From Eledone cirrhosa (Eukaryota), in assembly GCA_964016885.1 (NCBI GenBank), contig OZ024766.1:1426001-1490000 (forward strand): a stretch of 64,000 nucleotides of DNA, read 5' to 3'. Made by a program: the position numbers and the translations under genes. This document shows, piece by piece, positions 39,838 through 53,093 of this stretch; position 1 is the first letter of the stretch, and every line of letters begins with the position of its first letter. The notes beneath the pieces are model-generated. The model made no database searches, had not been told where the DNA came from, and saw only the letters and a list, made by a program, of their open reading frames with translations.

Positions 39838-41490
39838 GACCAAATAACTTATCTTATTTTTTTAGTAATTTAGTAACAGGACTATAACTTGAAGTTTCAT
39901 GTTTATATTTTCACAAGTTCATTGTAATATAATAATAATATATACACACACACACACACACACATATATACATACACACACACATATATACACACATACA
40001 TACACACACACACATATATATATATACACATATATACATACACACACACACATATATATATATAGTAAGTTTTTTTTTATAATACAATTTAAATATGGAC
40101 ATTTTTGTTCTTAGTTTTGTAAGGAAAGGCCAGGTAAGTGGCTAAGCTAACACACACCTCAGTATATAACTGGTATCTGACCACACCACACAGTACTCTA
40201 TCGAAACAGCCCCCCACCCCTGTCTGCTACCTCACCAAAAAAAAAAAAAAAAAACAGGAAAAAAATACACCAAACTGGGAGGTTTTTAGGTTTTATCTGG
40301 ACACACCATATCAAAAATACCCCCCCCCCCCACTAAAATTAAAACCTCTAGGTGGTGGGGTCAGTAAGGATGAGGTGAGGTGTGAGGGTGCAGAAAGCAG
40401 TGATCGAAACACTCAGGTGAAAAAAAAAAAGAAAAAAAAACAAACAAAAAAAAAAAAGGGGTCAGAGGAAGGGATTGGGTGGGAAGTGCATGCTGAAAAC
40501 CCTTCTAATGGTCTAAAACAGGCATGTCAAACTGAGGGTCCCCTGAGGGGCACATGTGTTGTCTGAGGGTCACACACGACAACTTATTGCGCATGTTACA
40601 ACTAATATCTTTTATTTTATTTTAGAAATCAAGCCAGAATCAGTTCCCGCCCCGCCCCACCCTTGCAAGCAGGGGACAGCGGACGTAGAGTGATGATGAT
40701 GATGATGACACTTGCGCTGTTTAAAAACCTTTGTGAGGGCCGCCACAGATGTGATTGTAAAGGGCCGCATATTTGTCATGCCTGGTCTAAAACATCCAAA
40801 CACTGCACTGCGCCACCCAGCACCCTCTTTTGTGATGTACCATGCTCCAGCCCCACCCCAGAACATACACAGGGGAGGGGACTGTGGCAGATATACAGAG
40901 GGACTAACATCCACTTGTCACGCCCTCTAGGGCTCTGCCCCATCCCGGGGAGCAGGATGCAAGGGGGACTGTAGCAGATATAGAGAGACAAACATCCACT
41001 TGACCTGCCCTCTAGGGCTCCGCCCTGCACCACCCCAGGGAGAGGGACGGCAAGGGAGAACTGTCCCGCCCTCCCCTGTCATGCTCAGATCCAGAAAATA
41101 CAAGGGGAATGTAAGAGATATAAAGGGAGACAAACATCAACTTGCCCCACCCTCCCCTCTTGTGCCATATCCCGCCCCCGTTTTCCGCGCCCCGCCCTCT
41201 TGCGCCATACCCTGCCCACGTTTTCCCCACCCCACCCTTGTGCCATACCCCGACCACTTTTTCCACGCCCTCTTGTGCCATACCCTGCCCACGTTTGTGC
41301 CATGCTCCACCCTCCTGTGTCTGGCCCAATCCCAGAACATACTAAGAGATAGAAGGGGGAGGGGGGAGGAGAGATGGGGAAGAAGGAGGAGGGGGAGGAG
41401 AGATGGGGAAGAAGGAGGAGGGGGAGGAGAGATAGAAGGGGAGGGGTGTAGTAGATATAAAGGAAGACAACTATGAAATGTTTTAATCAC

Positions 41491-41596
41491 CTTTGATTGC
41501 CTCCGCACACTGTACAATGTCCGCTACAGAGGTGGCTACATTTCTTGAGACTGTTACCATATTCTGTTTAGACTCAGCCGACGGCTTCTGTAGAGC
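41491..41596 (-). CDS. TLN: Talin exon (end of R12): ALQKPSAESKQNMVTVSRNVATSVADIVQCAEAIK(G)
   Basis: ttgcag/gtgatt, 106 nt, phase 0-1; aligns with the vertebrate LQKPS..AEAMKG segment and joins in frame to 18983. Confidence 0.94.
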
Positions 41597-42127
41597 CTGC
41601 AACAACAACAACAACAACAACAATAATGGTAGGCACAGTAATGATAATAATGATGGAAATAATCTTATATGTAATTGTTTCTAAATTTGGCACAAGGCCA
41701 GCAATTACCCCAGTGTATTACTGGTACTTTATTTTATAAAATATAATAATAATAATTGTTTCTACTTTAGGCACAAGGCCAGCAATTACCCCAGTGTATT
41801 ACTGGTACTTTATTTTATAAAATATAATAATAATTGTTTCTACTTTTGGCACAAGGCCAGCAATTACCCCAGTGCATTACTGGTACTTTATTTTATAAAA
41901 TATAATAATAATTGTTTCTACTTTTGGCACAAGGCCAGCAATTTTTTGGTTGATTAAATCAACCCCCAGTGTATTACTGGTACTTTATTTTATCGACACT
42001 ACAAGGATGAAAGGCAAAGCTAACCTTGGCGGCGTGCCACAAAGTATGTCGTACGATGCTCTACCGATTCTGCCAATCTACCGCCATAATGAAAGTAAAC
42101 GAGAAAAGAGGGAGAGAAATAACTTAC

Positions 42128-42232
42128 ATAGCTAACATGTTCAAGGACCTCTTTGTACGCAACGGCACAAGAAAAGCCGGCCATTTGAGTCTTTTGTCGG
42201 ATGTCTGCAGTTTCACCTGTGAATGAGGCAGC
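42128..42232 (-). CDS. TLN: Talin exon (R12): [35 protein letters not shown]
   Basis: tttctag/gtaagt, 105 nt, phase 0-0; fills the gap between the neighbouring talin exons. Confidence 0.9.
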
Positions 42233-42239
42233 CTAGAAA

Positions 42240-42350
42240 GAGACAGACAGACATAGACAGATAGAGAGAGAGAGAGACAGACAGACATAGACAGATAGAG
42301 AGAGAGAGAGACAGACAGACATAGACAGATAGAGAGATAGAGAGACAGAC

Positions 42351-42381
<31 letters not shown>

Positions 42382-42468
42382 CAGGCAGAGAGAGAGACAG
42401 AGAGACAGGCAGACAGAGAGAGAGAGACAGACAGACAGACAGAGAGACAGAGAGACAGACAGACAGAT

Positions 42469-42503
<35 letters not shown>

Positions 42504-42536
42504 GAGAGAGACAGACAGAGAGAGAGAGAGACAGAC

Positions 42537-42627
<91 letters not shown>

Positions 42628-43065
42628 CAGAGAGAGAGACAGACAGAGAGACAGACAGAGAGACAGACAGACAGACAGAGAGACAGACAGAGAGACAGAC
42701 AGAGAGACAGACAGAGAGACAGACAGAGACAGACAGACAGAGACAGACAGAGAGACAGACAGAGAGACAGACAGAGAGACAGACAGAGAGACAGACAGAG
42801 AGACAGACAGAGACAGACAGAGAGACAGACAGAGACAGACAGAGAGACAGAGAGACAGACAGACAGAGACAGACAGAGAGACAGACAGACAGAGACAGAC
42901 AGAGAGAGAGACAGACAGACAGAGACAGACAGAGAGAGAGACAGACAGAGAGACAGACAGAGACAGACAGAGAGACAGACAGAGACAGACAGAGAGACAG
43001 ACAGAGAGACAGACAGAGACAGACAGAGAGACAGACAGAGACAGACAGAGAGACAGATAGACATA
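42240..43065. repeat. (AGAC)n/(AG)n compound microsatellite, ~820 bp
   Basis: Direct reading. Confidence 0.95.
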
Positions 43066-43291
43066 TATAATATAATATAATAAAGAGAGACAAACACATA
43101 TATATATATATACTAGCTGAGGTACCCGGTAATACCCAGGAGCTGGGGTTTTCCCAGTTCCCATTAAAATGCCCAATGCCTCTTAGACCAAACCCCACAC
43201 ACTTGTCAAGTTTCATCGAGATGTTTGGTAGTTTTTGAGTTTTAGGTTCACAAACAAACAAACAGAAATTGCCATTTATGGTATATAGATG

Positions 43292-43349
<58 letters not shown>

Positions 43350-43398
43350 TATATATATATATATAGATATATATATAGATATATATATATCATCATCA

Positions 43399-43727
43399 TC
43401 ATTTCATTTTACGTCCGCTTTTCCCTGCTTGCAACGGTGGGACGGGAACTGATTCTGGCTTGATTTCTACAGCTGGATGCCCTTCCTAACACCAACCTCA
43501 TTTACAGTGAGTGCTGGGTGCTTTTTTGCCGTGGCACCTCCACGACCACTTTGCAGTGGAATGATAGGGACCCCAGTCCCTATCATCTCATTTCTACAGC
43601 TGAGTAAACTGGAGCAATGTGAAATAAAGTGTCTTGCTCAAGGAAACAACACATCACCCGGTCTGAGAATTGAACTCACAACCTTTCGATTGCAAGGCCA
43701 ATGCTCTAACCACTAAGCCATGTGCCT
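43399..43727 (-). mobile_element. tRNA-derived SINE, near-identical to 14308-14640
   Basis: Direct sequence match. Confidence 0.85.
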
Positions 43728-43733
43728 CCATAT

Positions 43734-43801
<68 letters not shown>

Positions 43802-43805
<4 letters not shown>

Positions 43806-44418
43806 CAGGTCACCAGTTGGTGCTACTGGTAACATGTATCCCAGTACAACCTGTCCCATGGTCGGGTCGTTGGCGACTAAACTGGCAACCCCACCAAGGT
43901 TTCTTGGTGAGGAGGGTGACTTTGGACATCCTGCAGGACTAAAAACAAAACCTGTCAAAGGGCAAAGGAGCTCTTTAGAGTCAATGGCCATCCAAAATCA
44001 CTGGGAGAGATGACCCCTTAGCCTTTGTCAAGGCAGAATTCTAGGAGAAGGAAAACTCTGATATAACACCTGCAACCCTGATGGTATCCAATGATGTTGA
44101 CTTGTTCTTCTTTTTGGTAAATATTATCTTGGTTAAGAGAGTGGGACTGGCTTTGTGCAGTGCCTTTGCTCACTATAAAAGCTTCACGGCACAGGCATTG
44201 CTTTATATCTGGAGATCTCTGATCTCTCTGCACTTGTCGTCACATGGTACCATGGGCCCAGCACTATGTGTCAATAATTGTCACAAGTGTAGTGTTTGTA
44301 CCAGAGTTTTCAAGTCGCTGGCTGGACTAAAAAGTCACACTCGTTCAGCGCATTGGTAGGAGTTCTCCTACATGGATATAAAGTAGTGGCCGTACTCGAA
44401 AACGAGTTGGCAGCCACC

Positions 44419-44420
<2 letters not shown>
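43802..44420 (+). mobile_element. Bipartite (internally deleted) RTE-like element: putative 5' UTR plus C-terminal C2H2 finger
   Basis: HKCSVCTRVFKSLAGLKSHTRSAH; flanked by (TA)n; 5' motif CTACTGGTAACATGTA..ACAACCTGTC..CATGGTCG shared with 29355-29570. Confidence 0.6.
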
Positions 44421-44469
<49 letters not shown>

Positions 44470-45136
44470 TATATACATCGGAGCCTGCATGCTCCGATGG
44501 ATGTGTAACAGTAATATACGTGAACGACAAAGCATAAATGAATTGAGAGAGAGACTGAGCATAAGAGGAATCAAATGCTGCGTGCAGGAGAGGCGGTTAC
44601 GCTGGTATGGACATGTGATGCGTATGAAGGATGACAGCTGCATAAAAAGGTGCAGAGCACTAGAAGTTGATGGAAACCGCGGAGTGGGGAGACCCAAGAT
44701 GACTTGGGATGAGGTGATAAAAGCCGACCTTACCCAACTACACCTCTCAAAGTCAATGACACACGACCGTGACTTCTGGCGTCACGCAGTAATACAGGGT
44801 ACCCGACCTCCCATGGGTACATGCTGAAGCATATAAACAATATGCCCCCCCCCCACCGCAAGGTGGTCGTGGAGGTGCCACGGCAAAAAAGCACCCAGCC
44901 CACACTGTAAAGTGGACGTGTAGGCGCCACGAAAAAGCACCCAGCACTCACTGTAAATGAGGTTGGTGTTAGGAAGGGCATCCAGCTGTAGAAATCAAGC
45001 CAGATCAGTTCCTGTATGAGCAAGGCATGGTCAGCCGACCAGACACTGCCCACAACAGGACAACCCGTCTAACCCATGCTAGCGTGGAAGAACGGACGTA
45101 AAACGGTGATGATGATGATGATGATGATGTATATAT

Positions 45137-45189
<53 letters not shown>

Positions 45190-45318
45190 TTCAAATCACA
45201 AGGGAGGTAAACCGCCAGAAAATACTAAGGATAATACGCATATACTACTACCACCACCACTACTACAACACCACCACCACCAGTGCAACAACAACAACAA
45301 CAACAACATAACAGTTAC

Positions 45319-45504
45319 CTTGCAGACATTAAGTAGATCAAAGATGGCCCGCCGCCCGATATTGGCTGCGACTATTACATCGTCCTGGTTACCTGAGTTG
45401 CCGGCGGCAACTGCTTTAGTCGTTGCCGTGGTGATAGGTTTCGTGTACTGTATGAGATCTTCAGCGGAAGCTTTCTGGTCTGGTGGAGTTGGGGATTGGT
45501 ACAC
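45319..45504 (-). CDS. TLN: Talin exon (R12): VYQSPTPPDQKASAEDLIQYTKPITTATTKAVAAGNSGNQDDVIVAANIGRRAIFDLLNVCK
   Basis: ctccag/gtaac, 186 nt; conserved KAVAAGNS..Q.DVI..AN..RRAI. Confidence 0.96.
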
Positions 45505-46288
45505 CTGGAGGACAGAGAGAGAGAGTGTATAAATAACAGTGGGGGGAGAGAGTAGTAGTGGGGGGAGAGAGAGTGGGAGAGAGAGAGAGTGGGAGGGAGA
45601 GAGAGAGAGTGGGAGAGAGAGAGAGTGGGAGGGAGAGAGAGAGAGTGGGAGAGAGAGAGAGTGGGAGAGAGAGAGTGGGAGGGAGACAGAAGCTAGTGAG
45701 AGAGGGAGAGAGGCTAGTGGGTGAGGGAGAGAGGCTAGTGGGTGAGGGAGAGAGGCTAGTGGGTGAGGGAGAGAGAGGGAGAGAGGCTAGTGAGGGAGAG
45801 AGAGGGAGAGAGGCTAGTGGGTGAGGAAGAGAGAGGGAGAGAGAGAGGGAGAGAGACAGAGAGAGGGAGAGAGAGGGAGAGAGGCTAGTGGGTGAGGAAG
45901 AGAAAGAGGGAGAGAGAAAGTGTAAACAGTAGAGTGGGGGAAGGGAGTGACCCAGGGGGAGACCCCGAGCAAGATGGTTGGATAACATTCATGAGCTTGG
46001 CTGGTCACATTTGGGAGACCCAGCCAGATCAGTTGGAGACGGTTGCTTCTGACAGGACCTGCTGGGGGGAGTGTTTGAGGGAAAAGGAGAAAAATAAAAA
46101 AAGGAAACAAAGAAGGAGTCAAAGAAGAAAAAAAAAAAAAATAAATAAAAATAAAAATAAAAAAAATAAAAATAAAAATAAAAAAAATAAAAATAAAAAA
46201 AATAAAAAATAAATAAAAAAATAAATAAATAAAAAAAAATAAAATAAAAAGAAGAAGGATAAGGATAAGGATAAGAAGATCAACTCAC

Positions 46289-46405
46289 CCGTAGTTCTTG
46301 GGTAATAGCTTCAATTGTCGACTCCAAAGCCCTCGTTCCTTGCTGTGTCTTGTCCTCCACAACTTTCACAGTTTTAAGCAGTGAGGTGACATTTGTTACC
46401 ATGGT
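46289..46405 (-). CDS. TLN: Talin exon (R11-R12 junction): TMVTNVTSLLKTVKVVEDKTQQGTRALESTIEAITQELR
   Basis: cttccag/gtgag, 117 nt; MVTNVTSLLKTVK..GTRALE.T is a strongly conserved talin motif. Confidence 0.96.
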
Positions 46406-46574
46406 CTGGAAGAGAAGAATAAGGTGGTAGGATCAACATAGCAGATATGGCAGGTCAGGACTGGAGTGGGGGATTGGAGGAGAGGATAAGGCCAACATCA
46501 AGAGAGAAATAAAGAAAACTACAGACAAAAATGTAAACTTTTCTCCCTAAATATGTAAAAACTAATTTTTTTCT

Positions 46575-46760
46575 CCATCATCATCATTTTACGTCCTCGT
46601 TTCCTTGCTTGCAAGGGTGGGAGGGGTCCTATTCAGCACAGCATCTCTCCACTTGTCACGGTCCTTCGTCATCTCCTCGGTAAGCTTCAGCAATCTGAAG
46701 TCAGCTCTCACCACCTCCGCCCATGTTTTTCGTGGACTTCCTCTACTGCGTCTTCCTTAC
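46575..46760 (-). mobile_element. RTE LINE 3' terminus with (GAT)n tail
   Basis: RGSPRKTWAEVVRADFRLLKLTEEMTKDRDKWRDAV. Confidence 0.75.
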
Positions 46761-46947
46761 CCATATTCTTATTATTCTTATTAAGATGTAATCTAATTGC
46801 ATTATACTCATCCGTCATGTGAAGAAGCCTACAAGCTTAAACCAGTAAAATCAAATGTGGAAATCCCTATTTTGTAAATAAATGTTTTGATGTTATTCTG
46901 AGAAAAAATCCCTTTAGCATTTTCTACTGTTTTTTCCTTTTTTACTA

Positions 46948-47001
<54 letters not shown>

Positions 47002-47566
47002 TATATGTTAAGTATTTCTGAAGGAAAAGCAAAGGAAAAAAGAGTGCTCTATGGATAGAACAGAGCTGTTTAATTCTCTCTCTCTATATATATATGTATA
47101 TATGTATGTATGTATGTATCTATCTATCTATCTATATACACACACACACACATAAATGAATTTACACACACGTATATATATATATACACACACACATACA
47201 TACAGACATCCCAAAGGCCCACAAAAATCTACCAGGCAGTAAATAAAGGCAAGGATGAAAAAAAAAAGGGCCTAGGGTGGTGGCAACCCTTTTAATAAAG
47301 AACATCAGGGGGTTGTCAATACACAGATCTTGCTACCCTAATAACGCTATTTTAGAAGAGAGTACACCCGAGGAAAGGATGGACAGGTATTTATATATAT
47401 ATATATACACACACACACATATATACACCCACATATATATATACACACACACATATATACACCCACACACATATATATATATACATACACCCACACATAT
47501 TATATACATACATAGTGTGTCTAGCGGCAGTGTAAAATGTTCAGCTATATAACTATTTAAAAAAGG

Positions 47567-47634
<68 letters not shown>

Positions 47635-48358
47635 CATATATATATACACATATATATACACATGTTAAATTACCGGCGCTGGGTTATTAAACATTAATTA
47701 GATATGTTAATTAATAGTCAATAATTAACAGTAAAGGAATTAACAATAAGTAATTAGCTTTATATCAATAATAACTTACTAATTATTTAACGAGAAAACA
47801 GAAAACAGTATATTAAAACAAGATGGAAACACAATGAAGAGAGTTAGCTCCCCTGAAGATATGTCACATGACTTTGGGTGTGTGTAAAAGAGGGGGTGTA
47901 TGTATGTGAGAGTGTGTGTGAGTGTGTGTGTGAGAGTGTGTGTGTGAGTGTGTGTGTGAGTGTGTGTGTGAGTGTGTGTGTGAGAGTGTGTGTGTGAGTG
48001 TGTGTGTGAGTGTGTGTGTGAGAGAGTGTGTGTGTGAGAGTGTGTGTGTGAGAGAGTGTGTGTGTGAGAGAGTGTGTGTGTGAGAGAGTGTGTGTGTATG
48101 AGAGTGTGTGTGTGTGTGAGAGTGTGTGTGTGAGAGTGTGAGAGTGTGTGTGTGTGTGAGAGTGTGTGTGTGTGTGTGAGAGAGTGTGTGTGTGTGAGAG
48201 TGTGAGAGAGTGTGAGAGTGTGTATGTGAATAAGTGTTCATATGTATGTTTGTGTGTTTATGTGTGTGTATATTTATTTGTGTATATATGTGTGTGTGTG
48301 GTGTGATGTGTGTGTATCTGCATGTGTGTTGGCTTTCATGCATCTCCAGTACACTCAC

Positions 48359-48385
48359 CATTAACTCATGATTTTGTGTGGAATC
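48359..48385 (-). CDS. TLN: Candidate 27-nt talin microexon (DSTQNHELM)
   Basis: gtttttttaag acceptor, ATG|gtgagt donor, phase 0-0 matching the downstream exon; TGCATG ~16 nt downstream of the donor. Confidence 0.55.
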
Positions 48386-49666
48386 CTTAAAAAAACGTCA
48401 CCACCACCATCTTCACCACCACCACCACCACCTCCACCATCATCATCTTCATTGTAGTAATAATAATTGTTTCTACATTTGGCACAAGGCCAGCAATTAC
48501 CCCAGTGTATTACTGGTACTTTATTTTATCACCGATGAAAAGCAAAGTCTACCTCGGCGGGATTTGAACTCAGAACGTAAAGGGGCGTAACTCTGTGCTA
48601 CAAAGCATGGCGTCCGACCCTCTACCGATACTGCCAATCCATGATAATGATAATAATAATTCGTTATCTCCATCTTAATTATTTCTTTGTCTTTTTCCTT
48701 CTTCGAAAATATTTCATTTGGTATTTTTTTCCCTCCCCCCAATATTTTTTTTTGTTTTTTTAAAAATGTTTGGATATATTTTTCTTTTTACTCTCCCTCC
48801 CTCATTTACTGAATAATGTTTTTGTTTTCCCTTTATATGTTCCAATGTGCACTGGAATGAACAGTCCCAACCATAAACTACTGAAACTGTAGTGATTTCC
48901 AGAGGTTAGCTGAAGAGATGGGACTGTCCATTTTCTGGATTTTTTTTTTTTTTTTTTTTGTCTTTATCTTTGTCCTGTGCGTCCCTATTCTGAGCACACA
49001 CACATATATATACATATATATATAGCTGCTGAGTGTGGAAAATAGAAAACTGTCTGCCATGAAGGTATAATAAAAAATTTGAAACATATTATCCGTCTGG
49101 TTCATCGTTGTGATCGAAGATCTCGCGCCAAGATTAAGATCTGATCAAACCTTCCGTCCTGCTCCACTCAAGATCCTGTTATCTGCACTAAATGTATGGG
49201 CTTGTTGTGTGTAAATCATCAGCTGGATAAAAGTGCCATTTAAGGCATAACCATTAAACATTGAAGTGACAAAACTGATGAGCCTTCATATGTCGAAACA
49301 CAATGAGAGTGTCCATCATATATATACATCTTGGTCGACTGCTTTTCATCAAAATCTTTCACATATTAATCTTCGTTTTTTTTTTTTAAAGACCTTGAGC
49401 CATTCATTTGTGAAACAAATTCTGATGAAGGACTAGCGTCCGAAATGTTAAGACCCTCTTCCTGCTATATCAAGCGTTGTCTCCTAATATATTCCTTCCA
49501 TATACTGTACTGATTGTGTTGTTATTTCTGTTTACCTTTTACATATATATATATCTACCCGGAATCTTGGAGACATGGGGGTTCAATTCCTTATAGCAAT
49601 CAATGGCAACATCTCTGTCCGTCGCTTAAAGGTCTTCACCATATTTCTGAGCATAAGTACATCATC

Positions 49667-49710
<44 letters not shown>

Positions 49711-50053
49711 ATTGTCCAGTTATTAAGTAAAATGGAGCTGAATTGTCAGTGTTCATGAAAAAAAGTCTGATGAGGAAATTGCCTTGGATATTATGTAAAC
49801 ACAGCTGGCTTTGAGCCGTTCAATTGTGAAACATGTGTCACGTGAGTAATTAAAAATACGGTTGAAATGAAATTTCTCTCTAATTCTTGGATGTGTTGTT
49901 TGGGTTTGTCCATAGAATGTTCCGGTGTTTTGTCCCCCAAAAAAATATGAAGGAAGGAGAGAGATGTCCAGAAGTTTGGGTGTGCCTGCTTGACTCATCT
50001 GTAGGAGGTGGCCATATCAGGATTGGCACGTCCAGTCTTGTTGTGTAATATAC

Positions 50054-50084
<31 letters not shown>

Positions 50085-50303
50085 CACGGCGTCATACAGG
50101 TACATGTGCACACACACACACACACACACAGACAGACAGACAGACACAACTGATGAAACTCAAACACGATAACGCAGAATATTATTATTATTATTATTAT
50201 TATTATTACTAATATCAGTATCTTTATACATACATGTGTGTATATATATATATATGCATATATACATATATATATATGCATATATATATATATGCATATA
50301 TAC

Positions 50304-50334
<31 letters not shown>

Positions 50335-50824
50335 CATATATATATATGCATATATACATATATATGCATATATACATATATACATATGTATATATATGCA
50401 TATATTTGCATATATACACACGTATATATAAGTCTCATGCATCCTCAAAAGTGCAGTTGTTACGTTAAAAAAACTAACATCAATATTTTTAAAAGGTTTT
50501 TAAAAAGTGAACCAAAGAGAAAAAATAAATGCAAATCAAAATTTAGGAGGAAGAAAGGAGGGTTACCTCCCCTTTTCTAGAAAAAAACACGTGCAGCATT
50601 CTGAATGTGTGTGTATATATATATATATATATATTTATATACATATATATATATATAGGTATATACATATATACATATACACATATATATATATATACAT
50701 ATATACATATACACATATATATATATACATATATACATATACACACCACACAAAACAATGGATAAAACCAAAAAAAAATAAAATATATATATATATTTCT
50801 TCTTATGTTCATATATTATGAAGA

Positions 50825-51800
50825 TCAGGGAGTCACTCCAGGTAGAGCTGCTACTTCTCTGAATTGAGAGATCACAGCTCTGATACTATGGACATGTGGT
50901 TAGAATGTCTCAGGTAAGAATCACTGGAGAGTCACTCCAGGTAGAGCTGCTACTTCTCTGAATTGAGACATCACAGCTCTGATACTATGGACATGAGGTT
51001 AGAATGTCTCAGGTAAGAATCTCTAGAGAGTCACTCCAAGTAGAGCTGCTACTTCTCTGAATTGAGAGATCACAGCTCTGATACTATGGACATGTGGTTA
51101 GAATGTCTCAGGTAAGAATCACTGGAGAGTCACTCCAGGTAGAGCTGCTACTTCTCTGAATTGAGACATCACAGCTCTGATACTATGGACATGAGGTTAG
51201 AATGTCTCAGGTAAGAATCACTAGAGAGTCACTCCAAGTAGAGCTGCTACTTCTCTGAATTGAGAGATCACAGCTCTGATACTATGGACATGTGGTTAGA
51301 ATGTCTCAGGTAAGAATCACTGGAGAGTCACTCCAGGTAGAGATGCTACTTCTCTGAATTGAGAGATCACAGCTCTGATACTATGGACATGTGGTTAGAA
51401 TGTCTCAGGTAAGAATCACTGGAGAGTCACTCCAGGTAGAGCTGCTACTTCTCTGAATTGAGAGATCACAGCTCTGATACTACAGACATGTGGTTAGAAT
51501 GTCTCAGGTAAGAATCACTGGAGAGTCACTCCAGGTAGAGCTGCTACTTCTCTGAATTGAGAGATCACAGCTCTGATACTATGGACATGTGGTTAGAATG
51601 TCTCAGGTAAGAATCACTGGGGAGATATTAAGGGCAAAACCAACCGGTAGGAGACCCAGGGGTATACCCTGAGCAAGATGGTTGTGTAACATCCTTGAGC
51701 TTCGCTGGTCTCACTTGGAGATCCAACCGGATCAGTTGGAGACGGTTGCTTCTGACAGGATCTGCTGCAGGGAGTGTTTAAGGACTCTGATCTTCTCAGC
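50825..51800 (+). repeat. 99-bp RTE-derived tandem array (~8 copies) followed by RTE 3' CDS
   Basis: Period 99 (50831, 50930, ...). Confidence 0.92.
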
Positions 51801-53093
51801 AGTAAGCGGGCAAAGAAGAAGAGGTGTAGATATTCTTTTTGGAAATAGGCCCCTTTTTAGCATGAATATGTAGCAAATAGTGCATTAGGTACAAACAGTG
51901 CAGTAATGATAAACTTCAACAAGGTTATATATAATATATGTATATATATATACACACACTCTATATAAACATATATACACTCATATATATATGTCTATAA
52001 ATATAAGTATATACAGGTAAAAAGTATGCTAGGACGGAGCCAAATGAAATCAAAAATCAAAATCCAAAATATATATATAGTACCATGATACTTGTAAGGA
52101 AAATGTGTTTAGAAATGATGAGCAGAGTTTGAAATTCATGAAAAAATAATGAAAATAATTGGGTTTATAAGCTTCATTAACAGAAGAAAATTGAACATTA
52201 GCACCTGCTAATGTCCAATTTTTTCCAGTTTAGGGAGATTTATGAGCCCTATTAAGACAATTTTTCTGTAGTCAAATCCTTTGATGAACTACAGTAATAT
52301 TTTAAAGAAAATTGATGCAAATATGATGTAAAAATAAGCGCCAAGAGACACAGCATAGAAAATATATTTGTTTGGAAGTTAAAGGTTATAAAATTTGAAT
52401 ATAAAAAGTAGAAAATTTATATAAAATTACTTATTTTCATCTTCCAACAACAGCAAAAAAAGACAAAAAAAAAAAAAAGACATCCAAATTTATTGTGCAA
52501 ATGTTTAAAAGAAACTTTTTAGCAATGTTTAGCATTATAACCACATATAAGGACCTGTAACTCCTGAGAAGGGGTCATAGGGGTGACATTATCATACAGG
52601 GTGGAATTTCTAGGGAGTTTTTAAAAACCTGGTGGAGCCCATCTCCTCTCCAGGTCTGAATACAGAAGATTTCTTCCAGAGAAGGAGAGAGAGAGAAGTG
52701 GGAGAGATATTTATAAAGTGTGGTATGGTATCGACCCGTAACTCCTGAAGAGGCACATGGGATAGGGCAGCTTGTGCCCCCTGTTATTAGTGACACTAAT
52801 GGGGACACAGCCTCAGAGGTGGCACAATGGCAGTGGCCAGCAAATCTTACTCTCCTGTTACATACAACGACAGATATGCGTGGGAGGCCGGCATATATCT
52901 CTCTCAAAGTTAGATGTCTCCAGCTTATGTTCTGAATGCATTGAAGCAGGCAAGTGTAGGTGCCATCAAGGTGCTTTTGTTGTTTGAATCAAAGCGTCCA
53001 TGTTTCACTTCCATATAACAAGACTGAATTGTTACAACCACCATATTCCTAACTACAATAGCATATCAAACACAAAAATATTACAACTTTGCA

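Noticed and set aside
40158-40176. 19-nt AG..GT segment ATACCAGTTATATACTGAG
   Set aside because: Poor pyrimidine tract; frameshifting, and the 12-nt sub-variant contains an in-frame TGA.
42124-42216. ORF-track frame [12 protein letters not shown].. as the talin exon
   Set aside because: Wrong frame; the frame from acceptor 42232 matches talin R12 and keeps phase.
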